A stretch of 64,000 bases of DNA, taken from assembly GCA_019247515.1 (NCBI GenBank), contig JAFAOS010000159.1, forward strand, positions 6,617-70,616. Reading direction: 5' to 3'. Position numbers and translations under genes: made by a program. Position 1 is the first letter of the stretch; every line of letters begins with the position of its first letter. Shown here in pieces: positions 1 through 9,338 of the stretch. Origin of the DNA: Chloroflexota bacterium. Its GTDB lineage: Bacteria; Chloroflexota; UBA6077; CF-72. The notes below the pieces were generated by a model, which saw only the letters and a program-made list of their open reading frames with translations, made no database searches and was not told where the DNA came from.

Positions 1-2
1 TG

Positions 3-488
3 GCCCGAACGCTGGACGGAGCGCGGCGGACAGGCCCGGTCAAGGGCTATCCGATCCGCGTCGACTTTCTCCACGCGCCCACCTTCGCCGAACGCACGCT
101 CCTGGTCGGCGAAGCGGCCGGGCTCGTCAATCCGCTTACGGGCGAAGGCATCGACTACGCGCTCGAATCGGGCAAGATGGCCGCGGAGCATGTGGTCCGG
201 GGGCTTGTTTCAGGCGTACACCAGGCATGGCTCACCGATTACGATCGGCTCCTTCGCGCTCGGTTCGAGAACATCTTCCGCTTCAGCGAATGGATCCGCG
301 ACTGGTACTGCAAACCGCCGCTGTTGAATCTGCTCGTACCGCTGGCCAATCGTCAACCGGAGCTTCGCCAACAACTGGCCAACATCGTCCTCGGCGAGCG
401 CGACCCGCACGGCTATGGACCCCTGACCATGGCCGCACGACTGCTCGTGTACCTGGCGCGCCATCGCGGAGGACGCTCGCATGACTGA
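3..488 (+). CDS. Geranylgeranyl-reductase-family FAD oxidoreductase, C-terminal fragment (5' end outside window)
   Basis: The frame is open from the window edge. TLLVGEAAGLVNPLTGEGIDYALESGKMAAEH matches the conserved C-terminal FAD-contact motif of GGR/FixC-type flavoproteins. The stop overlaps the next start by 8 nt. Confidence 0.7.
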   Translation, partial: ARTLDGARRTGPVKGYPIRVDFLHAPTFAERTLLVGEAAGLVNPLTGEGIDYALESGKMAAEHVVRGLVSGVHQAWLTDYDRLLRARFENIFRFSEWIRDWYCKPPLLNLLVPLANRQPELRQQLANIVLGERDPHGYGPLTMAARLLVYLARHRGGRSHD

Positions 489-2157
489 CGTGAGGCAACA
501 CGTGTCGGTTCGTGGGTCGGCCGGCAGCCTGGTCACCAGGCGCTTCTCCAGGCATCCGGAGCGCTACTTCGAGATCTTTCGGGTGCTGCGCAAGTACCGG
601 CTGCACCACGTCATCGCCGAACTGGGCATGAGCCACCACCATGCCGACGACGACGATCTCGACGGCCTCGTCACCCCTGACGGCTTTGGCCAGGTTCAGG
701 ACGAGCACCAGGAAGAGGAAGACGACCACGGGACCCAGCTCGCCAGCGCGCTCGAAGAGCTTGGCCCGTGTTTCATCAAGCTCGGACAACTGCTCAGCAC
801 CCGACCGGACCTGCTGCCGCCCGACTACATCCAGGCCCTGTCGCGACTCCAGGACACCATCCAGCCGGTCCCCCACGCGCGCATCGTGCAGATCATTCAG
901 GCCGAGCTCCACTGCCCGATCGACGAGCTGTTCCAGGATTTCGATCAGCAGCCGCTGGCGACGGCGTCCATGGCCCAGGTCCACCGTGCGGTCCTGCGCG
1001 ACGGGACCGAAGTCGCGGTCAAAGTTCAGCGCCCGGGCGTTCGGCAGCGCATCGAAATTGACCTCGAGGTGCTGCGCGAAATCGCTCAGTTCGCCAGCCG
1101 CCACAGCGCTCTCGGCGCGCGCTACGGGCTGGTCCAGATGGTTCACGAGCTGGAAACCAGCCTCCACCAGGAGATGGATTTCCGACTCGAAGCCGAAAAT
1201 ACGCGGCGCATCGGCCGTCAGATCGCCGGCTTCACGCGGCTGTGCACGCCCACGGTCTTCCCGCGGTACACGTCCGCACGCGTCCTGACCCTGAGCTTTG
1301 TTCGCGGCCGCCACCTCGCGGACGTCTCGCGTGAGGAGCTCGAGGAGCGCGACCCGAAGGCCATCGCCTCCGACCTGCTCTCGGCCTACATGAAACAGAT
1401 CGCGATCGACGGTGTGTTCCACTGCGATCCACACCCCGGCAACATCTTGCTGACCGACGACGGCCGCCTGGCGTTGATGGACTTCGGCATGGTGGGTCGC
1501 TTCGACGCCGGCCAAAAGGACAACATGATCCTGTTCCTGCTCGCCTTTTCCGAACGCCTCGGCGAACGCGTGGCCGAAACCTACCTCGACATGATCGAGC
1601 CGCCGCGCGACCTCGATCAGCATGCCTTCACGCAGGACATCTGCTCGCTCGTCAGCCGCTACCACGACATGAGTGGCGGACGGCTGGGCCTCGGCTCCGC
1701 GCTCCTGGACTTGACGCGGCTGGCCTATTCCAACCGTGTGCCGGTGCCCAGCTCGATGACCCTGCTGGGCAAGACCATGCTCAATTTGGACGGCGCCATC
1801 GGTGTGCTCTCGCCGGAGCTGGACCCGGTCGAGCTGATCCGCAACTACATGCTCGACGTGATGCTGAAGCGCGTCGGCGACCAGCTGTCGCCAGGCCGCG
1901 TGTTCGCCTGGGTGCTCGACATGAAGCACCTGTTCGAGAATTCCCCGCGGCGCGTCGACACCATCCTGGGCAAGCTCTCCGACGATCGCCTGACCGTGCG
2001 GCTCGACGTCGAGAACCTCGAGGAAACCACGGAGTCGCTGAACCGCGCCGCGACGCGGCTGGCGCTGGGGGTCCTGGCCGGCTCGCTGCTGATCGGGGGC
2101 GGCCAGGTGCTCTCAGCCCTGATTCGCACCGGGGCCGTCGGCAAAGGACGCGGGTGA
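481..2157 (+). CDS. ABC1/UbiB-family atypical protein kinase
   Basis: 558-aa ORF with ELGPCFIKLGQLLSTRPDLLPPDYIQALSRLQD and ASMAQVHRAVLRDGTEVAVKVQRPG, the ABC1 signature and VAVK lysine. It also has HCDPHPGNILL and a C-terminal hydrophobic helix. Confidence 0.9.
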   Translation: MTDVRQHVSVRGSAGSLVTRRFSRHPERYFEIFRVLRKYRLHHVIAELGMSHHHADDDDLDGLVTPDGFGQVQDEHQEEEDDHGTQLASALEELGPCFIKLGQLLSTRPDLLPPDYIQALSRLQDTIQPVPHARIVQIIQAELHCPIDELFQDFDQQPLATASMAQVHRAVLRDGTEVAVKVQRPGVRQRIEIDLEVLREIAQFASRHSALGARYGLVQMVHELETSLHQEMDFRLEAENTRRIGRQIAGFTRLCTPTVFPRYTSARVLTLSFVRGRHLADVSREELEERDPKAIASDLLSAYMKQIAIDGVFHCDPHPGNILLTDDGRLALMDFGMVGRFDAGQKDNMILFLLAFSERLGERVAETYLDMIEPPRDLDQHAFTQDICSLVSRYHDMSGGRLGLGSALLDLTRLAYSNRVPVPSSMTLLGKTMLNLDGAIGVLSPELDPVELIRNYMLDVMLKRVGDQLSPGRVFAWVLDMKHLFENSPRRVDTILGKLSDDRLTVRLDVENLEETTESLNRAATRLALGVLAGSLLIGGGQVLSALIRTGAVGKGRG

Positions 2158-2163
2158 AAACGC

Positions 2164-2306
2164 AAACCAGGCTCCCTCTCCCTCTGGGCTGGGGCTGAGG
2201 GTGCCACAAACCAGGCCCCCTCTCCCTCTGGGCGAGGGCCGGGGGTGAGGGTGCCACAAACCAGGCTCCCTCTCCCTCTGGGAGAGGGTTGGGGGTGAGG
2301 GTGCCA
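2164..2306. repeat. Three tandem copies (44, 50 and 49 nt) of REP-like family 1, unit aaaccaggCTCCCTCTCCCTCTGGGAGAGGGttGGGGTGAGGGTgcca
   Basis: Direct reading: copies at 2164-2207, 2208-2257 and 2258-2306. Each contains the hairpin CCCTCTCCC-TCTGG-GAGAGGG. The same family recurs at 43.16, 57.5, 58.6 and 60.2 kb. Confidence 0.9.
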
Positions 2307-2735
2307 GCATGTGTTTTCTGTGAGATCGTCGCGGGTTCGCTGCCCGCGGCCACCGTCTACGACGACGCCGCGGTCCTGGCGTTCCTCGACCACCGCCCGC
2401 TGCTGCCCGGCCACGTTCTGGTCGTGCCGAAGACCCACTATGCGACGCTCGGCGACCTTCCAGAAGACCAGGTCGGGCATTTCTTCGTCGCCGTTCAGCG
2501 ACTGGCCCGCGCGGTCGAGGAGGCAATGCGCGCCGACGGCTCGTTCGTCGCCGTCAATATTCGAATTTCGCAGAGCGTGCCGCACCTGCATGTCCACGTG
2601 GTCCCCAGACGCAAGGGCGACGGTCTCTTTGGCAAGACGTTCCAGTGGATGCGCCGGCCGTACCCGAGCGAGGCCGCTATGCGCGAGACGCGGCAGGCGG
2701 TCGTCGACGCGCTGGCGACGCCAGCATCGAGCTGA
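2301..2735 (+). CDS. HIT-family (histidine triad) nucleotide hydrolase/transferase
   Basis: CVFCEIV N-terminus, LLPGHVLVVPKTH and the histidine triad VPHLHVHVVP. The track ORF starts at TTG 2289 inside the repeat. GTG 2301 (MPACVFCE) is the more plausible start, but this is uncertain. Confidence 0.85.
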   Translation: MPACVFCEIVAGSLPAATVYDDAAVLAFLDHRPLLPGHVLVVPKTHYATLGDLPEDQVGHFFVAVQRLARAVEEAMRADGSFVAVNIRISQSVPHLHVHVVPRRKGDGLFGKTFQWMRRPYPSEAAMRETRQAVVDALATPASS

Positions 2736-3624
2736 ACGCGCCTTCGCCCAGCGCATGCAGTAGCAGCGCCTGAGCAACGCCCGCCGACTCGCCCCAGTGC
2801 GCCGTGGCCGCCCGCACCTCGGCTTCGCTAGGCGCAGCGGAACCGAGATACGCCAGGCCGACCGCCTTTCGCACGCCCAGGTCGCCGGCAACGATTCGCG
2901 GGCGGCCCAGCGTGCGGGCCAGCACCCACTCCGCCGACCAGCGGCCAATGCCCCGGATCTTCTCCAGTCGCTCGATGATGGCCTCATCCTCGAGCCGGTT
3001 CAGGTCGTCCAGACGCAGGCCGCCGTCGACGATCACCCGCGCCGTGGCGACGATCGATACCGATTTGCTGGTGGTGAACTGCAGCGCGCGGATCTCGGCT
3101 GGCTCGACGCGCGCCAGTCGCTGTGGATCGAGCGCGTAGACGGCTTCGCCGCCGATTTCGTGGCGAACCCCGAACGCCTCGGCCAGGCGTCGCCGCGTGG
3201 TCACCGCCCAGCGCAGGTTGACCTGCTGTGAGCTGATGCAGCGGATGAGCGCCGTGAAGACATCGAGCTGGCGGATCTGGCGGATGCCAGGGAATCTGGC
3301 GTCCAGGCCGGCGACGACGGGGTCTTCGTGCAGGAGCCGCCGGTAGTCGCGGGGTGCGGCCATAAAGGTGTTGGCCACGACGTCGCGGATCGTCTGCTCC
3401 GATGTCGGGGACGCGACGGTTACTTCGAAGGCGGCATCCACCAGCTCGCCTGTCGCGCGGGCCCAGAACGGCGTCCAGCACTGTGCACCGTCGTAGACGG
3501 CCCGCATCAGGCGCGCGCCGTCCCAGCGATCGACGAAGTCGTCACCTGAGCGCTGGAACAGGGCCAGCGAGCCGCGAATATCCAGCGGCGTATCCGCGAG
3601 GGGGACCCGAAAGCTAACCGTCAA
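2677..3624 (-). CDS. alkA: AlkA-type DNA-3-methyladenine glycosylase II (HhH-GPD superfamily)
   Basis: 315 aa with DVFTALIRCISSQQVNLRWA and the HhH-GPD segment IRGIGRWSAEWVLARTLGRPRIVAGDLGVRKAV. TTG start at 3624 overlaps the sigma gene stop by 11 nt. Confidence 0.8.
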   Translation of the reverse strand: MTVSFRVPLADTPLDIRGSLALFQRSGDDFVDRWDGARLMRAVYDGAQCWTPFWARATGELVDAAFEVTVASPTSEQTIRDVVANTFMAAPRDYRRLLHEDPVVAGLDARFPGIRQIRQLDVFTALIRCISSQQVNLRWAVTTRRRLAEAFGVRHEIGGEAVYALDPQRLARVEPAEIRALQFTTSKSVSIVATARVIVDGGLRLDDLNRLEDEAIIERLEKIRGIGRWSAEWVLARTLGRPRIVAGDLGVRKAVGLAYLGSAAPSEAEVRAATAHWGESAGVAQALLLHALGEGAFSSMLASPARRRPPAASRA

Positions 3625-4177
3625 CGTCTGCGAGCGTAGCCGACCGCAATCCGCTTCGCAGTTTTTCGAGCGCCAGCCGAATTCGGCTCTTCACGGTCCC
3701 CAGGGGTAGTCCAGTCTCGTCGGCAATTTCCTGGTGCGTCTGACCCGTGATGAACGCGCGCCGGATCAGGTCGGCCTGGCAGGCTGGCAGGCTGTCGACG
3801 AGCTGCCAGAGGAGCTCCGCGCGGGCGGCGCTGGTGAGCTCCTCGAGCACGTCCGCGGCGTGCGGATCGGGCAGACGCTCGGCCAGCTCCGCCACGTCGT
3901 CGCGCGGACGTAAAGCGCGGCGACGCAGGCGATCCAGGCTGCGGTTGCGGACCACGGTCAGCAGCCAGGCTTTGCCGGTGCCGCGGGCTGGATCGAAGCA
4001 ATCGGGTTGGTGCCACAACCTGAGGAACACGTCCTGGACGACGTCCTCCGCCTCTGAGCGGTCGAACAGCAGCCGGTTGGCCAGCGCGCGGGCCGTTTCG
4101 GCGTGCTGAGCGTAGAGCGCCAGGAAGTGATCCGGCGCGGCGGCTGGTGCGTAGTCCAGATGCAGGGGCATCGTCAT
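3614..4177 (-). CDS. ECF-type RNA polymerase sigma-70 family factor
   Basis: 187 aa. Region 2 reads AEDVVQDVFLRLW...AWLLTVVRNRSLDRLRRR. Region 4 HTH reads QTHQEIADETGLPLGTVKSRIRLALEKLR. Confidence 0.9.
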   Translation of the reverse strand: MTMPLHLDYAPAAAPDHFLALYAQHAETARALANRLLFDRSEAEDVVQDVFLRLWHQPDCFDPARGTGKAWLLTVVRNRSLDRLRRRALRPRDDVAELAERLPDPHAADVLEELTSAARAELLWQLVDSLPACQADLIRRAFITGQTHQEIADETGLPLGTVKSRIRLALEKLRSGLRSATLADVDG

Positions 4178-4303
4178 GCGAGTACCCCGCAGGGAACCCG
4201 CCGCGTCCTACGCCGGCGGTACGGCGCACCTACGGGAGTCGTACACGGGCGTTACAGGGAGACGTTTGGGTCCTATCCCGTACCAGGCTTTCGGCCCCGA
4301 CAA

Positions 4304-4349
4304 CTTGGGCAGTGTCGAAGAGTAGGGGAGACCCCTACGACCCCCTTGG
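4304..4349. repeat. REP-like family 2 copy (core palindrome GTAGGGGAGACCCCTAC), left arm of an inverted pair
   Basis: cttgggcagtgtcgaagaGTAGGGGAGACCCCTACgacccccttgg. It matches the reverse complement of 4518-4564 at about 37 of 46 positions by hand alignment. Confidence 0.8.
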
Positions 4350-4517
4350 ATGGGTGGATCGGCGTTCGCCCGCGTCGGGGACCGATCGACCATCGCCGCG
4401 TCCGAACCCGAACCGATCCACACGGGTCCAACCGCCAGTTGACCTCGCCGCGTCGGGGCAACCGATTGACCACGCGTGTCCCCCTCGTCCCGGGATTGGG
4501 GCGCCTCGGCGCTCCCA

Positions 4518-4564
4518 CCCTGGGGGTTGTAGGGGTCTCCCCTACCTGTCGACACTACCCAGGG
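4518..4564. repeat. REP-like family 2 copy, right arm of the inverted pair
   Basis: ccctgggggttGTAGGGGTCTCCCCTACctgtcgacactacccaggg. Same orientation as the copies at 31752 and 31871. Confidence 0.8.
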
Positions 4565-4597
4565 CAGCGGCACAATGCGAAAGGCCGGCGGGGCCGC

Positions 4598-7500
4598 TCA
4601 GCTCAGCGCGGTTATCGCCCTGCGCGTGCGCTCCAGCTCGGGCCCGGCCCCAATCGCGGCGAAGTGCTCGGCGGCGGTTTCCAGCTGCGCGCGTGCCGCG
4701 GCAATCTCGCCCAGCGCGCCGTGCGCCTGGCCGAGCAGCCGCTCGCACAGCGCCGCGTCGAACAGATACCCGTATTCGATCGACAGGTCCAACCCCTTGC
4801 GCGCCAGCTGCAGCGCCGACGCGGGCTCGCCGCGGTCCAGCTCGATCTCCGCCAACCAGCCATGCGCTCGGCCCAGCAGGACCCACGTGCCCGCGGCCTG
4901 CGCCATGGCGATGGCCTTCAGCAACGCGCTGGCGCCCGCTTCGATGTCGCCCAACCGCGCCTCGGGCAACGCGACGTACACCAGACCGACGAACTCGTAG
5001 ACGACGCTGCCCGCCGCCCGCGCCGTCTCGACCGCGCGCCGCCCGTGCTCCCTGGCGCGCGCCCAGTCGCTCTGCATGTGGTAGACGGCGCACAGGAAGC
5101 TTTCGCCAGCCGCCAGGGCGGCCTGGTCGTGCACGTCTTCGCTGCGCGCATGCGCCGAAGAGATCAGCTCCAGCCCTCGTTCGAACGACCCCATGTACGC
5201 ATACGTCGCCCCCAGCATCTCCGTGGCGACCGTCAGCTCGATGCCCGGTTGGTCGCGCAGAAGGTCGATCGCCTCGTGCAGCGCGGGCACCGCCGACGCG
5301 TAGTCGCCGCGCAGCGCCTGCAGCTGACCGGAAACTCGCAGGAACTGCGCGCGCACGACCGGATCGGCCCGTTCTTCGGCGATGGGCCGAATCCGCTCGA
5401 GCAGCGGGAGAGCCTCGGCGAAGCGACCCTGAATGTAGAGCGCACTTGCCTGGGCGAGGTGGACGTACGCGAGGAGCGTCGCGTTGCCCAGCGCCTGCGC
5501 GTCGCGTTCGGCGGGCAGCAGCCACTCGCCGAGTCGGCCGGGTGCAACGTAGAAGGCCACCCGCGCCAGCCGCAAGCGCAGCTTGATTCCGTGCGCGCGG
5601 CCCTCGTCCGTCTGCGGCAGACGCGCCAGCGCATCCAGCGCCTGCTCGTACAGGGTCGCCGCCGAGGCATACGCGAACACCGCGACGGCCGCGTCGGCCG
5701 CCGCTTCGCACCAGTGCAGCGCCTGATCCCAGGCCTGCGCGCGCAACGCGTGGTACGCGAGTCGCTCGGATGGGGCGCGCACCTCGGCGTGGCCCAGTAC
5801 GTCGAGCGCGCGCCGGTGCTGGACGCGTCGCCGCGCGCCCGAGAGGTCGTCGTATACCACCTGGCGCACCTTGTCGTGGCTGAACGAGTACGACGCCTCG
5901 CCGACGTCGCCGGTTCGCTCCCGCAGCAGATGGCTCGACAACAGCCGCTCGAGCGCAACCAGCGCGCGGTCCTCGTCCTGACCCGCCACCGCGCGCGCAT
6001 GATCGAATTCGACGTCCCCGCCCAGGACCGCCGCGGCGCGTGCCAGCTCGTAGGCATCGGCGTCCAGTCGCGCCAGGCGAGCGCGAATCGCGGCCTGGAC
6101 GGACTCCGGCAGCGGCGTCGGACCCGTCCTGGCCGATTCACCAAGCTGCAGTTCGCCAGATTCGAGCAATGAGCGGATGGTCTCGACCGCAAACAGTGGG
6201 TTGCCCTCGGTCTCGGCGTGGAGCTGCTCTCCCAGGTGACGAACGTCGTCGCGCACCACCTCGCGCAACAACTGGACCGTGGCCTCGACCTCGAGCGGTC
6301 CAAGCTCGATTCGCTCGAGCAGCCGCTGGCGTTCGAGGCCGCGAACGACGCCGAGCAGGTGCTCGTCCACGTCTTCGCTGCGGATGGTCGTCACGAGCAG
6401 GCTGGAATCCAACGCCTCGTGGTGCGCCAGATAGTCGAGCATCCGTAGACTACCTTCGTCCGCCCAGTGCAGGTCGTCGATGACCAGCAGCGCCGGAAGC
6501 GGCAGGGCGCCAAAGAACCGGGCCGCGCCCTCGAACAGGCGGCGGGCTTCTTGCTGCGGGTCCAGACGCGCCGGCGTTGGCAGGTCTGGCCGCTGCTCGA
6601 GCAGGTCGGGCACCAGCCGCGCGACTTCCGCCAACCATACATCCGGCAGGACCACCTCGGAACCGAAGGCGACGACGGCCGCGCTGAGCAGATCGACAAA
6701 CGGGTGATACGGCAGTCCGCGCTCCGAGGCATGGCAGGCGCCGACCAGCACCGTCCAGCGCGGACTCACCCCCATCTCGCGCGCCGGCTGACCGTCGAGC
6801 AACCACACCAGCTCTTCGACCAGGCGCGACTTGCCGATGCCCTCCTCGCCGTCGACGGCAATGACCTTGCCCCGCCCGGCCGCGGCCTCATCGGCGGCCG
6901 CCATGAGCTGAGCCAGCGGCGCCTGGCGCCCAACCAGCGGAAAGACTGGCTGCTGTCGCCCAGACAGGCGGGCATAGTCCGCGTCCCGAGCGCCTCGCGG
7001 CCGAGCCGCGCGTTTCTCGGGCTCGGTGGTGGTCAGGATTTCGCGATACAGCCGCTGCGTCGCCGGGTCCGGCTGCACGCCAAGCTCCTGCGCCAGCATC
7101 TGACTGGCAGAACGGTAGTGAGCCAGGGCCGCGGCTCGATCGCCGGCGCCCTCGTACAGCTGCATCACCTGACGATGGAAGCGCTCCTGGAGCGGATCGA
7201 TTGCCAGCGCTCGGCGCGCGTGCGCCAGCGCGCCCGACCAGTCGCCCTCGCCCACGTGCGCATCCGCCGCCCGCTCCAGCACATCCAGCATGCGCTGCTG
7301 CCAGGCGGACCGCTCGAGCTCGAGCCACTCGTCCCACTCGGAGCAGTCGCGCAGGTCGAAGCCTTCGAGGAAGGGACCTCGCCACAACTCGACGGCGCGG
7401 TCCAGCTCTTGAGGCGCTGCCCCGGTGCGTGTCAGCGACTCGAAGACGCCGAGGTCCGTCCAGATCCGGTCGGCTGGATCGGATCGCCAGACCAGCGAAT

Positions 7501-7753
7501 CGCCAATTGGCACGATCGGCACCTGCGGCAAACTGCGCCGCAGCCGCGACAGGGCGGTGCTCAGGCTGTTGCGACCTTCCTGCTCCTCGCTGTCCTCCCA
7601 GAGCAGGGCGATCAGACGCGTCCGCGTGACTGGCTTATCGGGTCGAGCCGCGAGATAGAAGGCCAGAGCGGCGCCCTTCTGAGCGGCAACGTCGACGGTT
7701 TCGGGCGGATCGCCTGCCTCGACGTGCGCCGGCCCCAGCAGGCGCAGACGCAA
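4598..7753 (-). CDS. SARP/AfsR-like regulator: winged-helix DNA-binding + BTAD + P-loop NTPase (AAA_16/NB-ARC-like) + TPR array
   Basis: N-terminus AQKGAALAFYLAARPDKPVTRTRLIALLWEDSEEQEGRNSLSTALSRLRRSL. BTAD segment ELWRGPFLEGFDL...HRQVMQLYEGAGDRAAALAHYR. Walker A VDGEEGIGKSRLVEEL and Walker B LLVIDDLHWADEGS, followed by a long TPR-like C-terminus. The 1334-aa track ORF runs into argH, so I place the start at TTG 7753 (MRLRLLGPAHVE). The start is uncertain. Confidence 0.8.
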   Translation of the reverse strand: MRLRLLGPAHVEAGDPPETVDVAAQKGAALAFYLAARPDKPVTRTRLIALLWEDSEEQEGRNSLSTALSRLRRSLPQVPIVPIGDSLVWRSDPADRIWTDLGVFESLTRTGAAPQELDRAVELWRGPFLEGFDLRDCSEWDEWLELERSAWQQRMLDVLERAADAHVGEGDWSGALAHARRALAIDPLQERFHRQVMQLYEGAGDRAAALAHYRSASQMLAQELGVQPDPATQRLYREILTTTEPEKRAARPRGARDADYARLSGRQQPVFPLVGRQAPLAQLMAAADEAAAGRGKVIAVDGEEGIGKSRLVEELVWLLDGQPAREMGVSPRWTVLVGACHASERGLPYHPFVDLLSAAVVAFGSEVVLPDVWLAEVARLVPDLLEQRPDLPTPARLDPQQEARRLFEGAARFFGALPLPALLVIDDLHWADEGSLRMLDYLAHHEALDSSLLVTTIRSEDVDEHLLGVVRGLERQRLLERIELGPLEVEATVQLLREVVRDDVRHLGEQLHAETEGNPLFAVETIRSLLESGELQLGESARTGPTPLPESVQAAIRARLARLDADAYELARAAAVLGGDVEFDHARAVAGQDEDRALVALERLLSSHLLRERTGDVGEASYSFSHDKVRQVVYDDLSGARRRVQHRRALDVLGHAEVRAPSERLAYHALRAQAWDQALHWCEAAADAAVAVFAYASAATLYEQALDALARLPQTDEGRAHGIKLRLRLARVAFYVAPGRLGEWLLPAERDAQALGNATLLAYVHLAQASALYIQGRFAEALPLLERIRPIAEERADPVVRAQFLRVSGQLQALRGDYASAVPALHEAIDLLRDQPGIELTVATEMLGATYAYMGSFERGLELISSAHARSEDVHDQAALAAGESFLCAVYHMQSDWARAREHGRRAVETARAAGSVVYEFVGLVYVALPEARLGDIEAGASALLKAIAMAQAAGTWVLLGRAHGWLAEIELDRGEPASALQLARKGLDLSIEYGYLFDAALCERLLGQAHGALGEIAAARAQLETAAEHFAAIGAGPELERTRRAITALS

Positions 7754-7914
7754 GACGTGCCCTGACCCTGACAAGCTCCTGTTCCCGCCCGCTGGGATAG
7801 TAGCCGCTTGAGTCAGCGGTGAGTAACAGGCCTGTTGCTGTCCGGTGGAGTCGGCATGCGCGCATGGTTGCAGCCGCGCCGCACTCTCGCGAACAGGGAA
7901 GATGGCCTCGCGGT

Positions 7915-9333
<1,419 letters not shown>

Positions 9334-9338
9334 GCGAC

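Noticed and set aside
283-1929. A 548-aa minus-strand ORF opposite the ABC1/UbiB kinase
   Set aside because: It is a shadow ORF. The plus frame has the kinase signatures, and the minus-frame translation is low-complexity and His/Arg/Ala/Val-rich.
1781-2987. Minus-strand ORFs 1781-2353, 1845-2987 and 2113-2526 reading through the REP array (PLPEGEGAWF-type peptides)
   Set aside because: They are translations of REP repeats plus antisense of the kinase and HIT genes. I see no independent support.
3614-3624. Expected anti-sigma factor downstream of the ECF sigma gene
   Set aside because: The only downstream coupled ORF is clearly an AlkA-type glycosylase. No zf-HC2 (HxxxCxxC) or single-pass TM anti-sigma-like ORF was found.
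4208-4573. A 121-aa minus-strand ORF containing VVSTGRGDPYNPQ. A similar peptide occurs in ORF 31752-32183.
   Set aside because: The shared peptide is just the translation of the family-2 DNA repeat. The ORFs otherwise have junk composition and lie in regulatory gaps.
4103-6172. A 689-aa plus-strand ORF, with nested ORFs 4147-5586 and 4542-5711, opposite or inside the SARP regulator gene
   Set aside because: The composition is Arg/Ala/Pro/Gly-dominated with no recognisable motifs, as expected for off-frame or antisense translation of GC3-rich coding DNA. The minus-strand frame has clear wHTH, BTAD, P-loop and TPR motifs.
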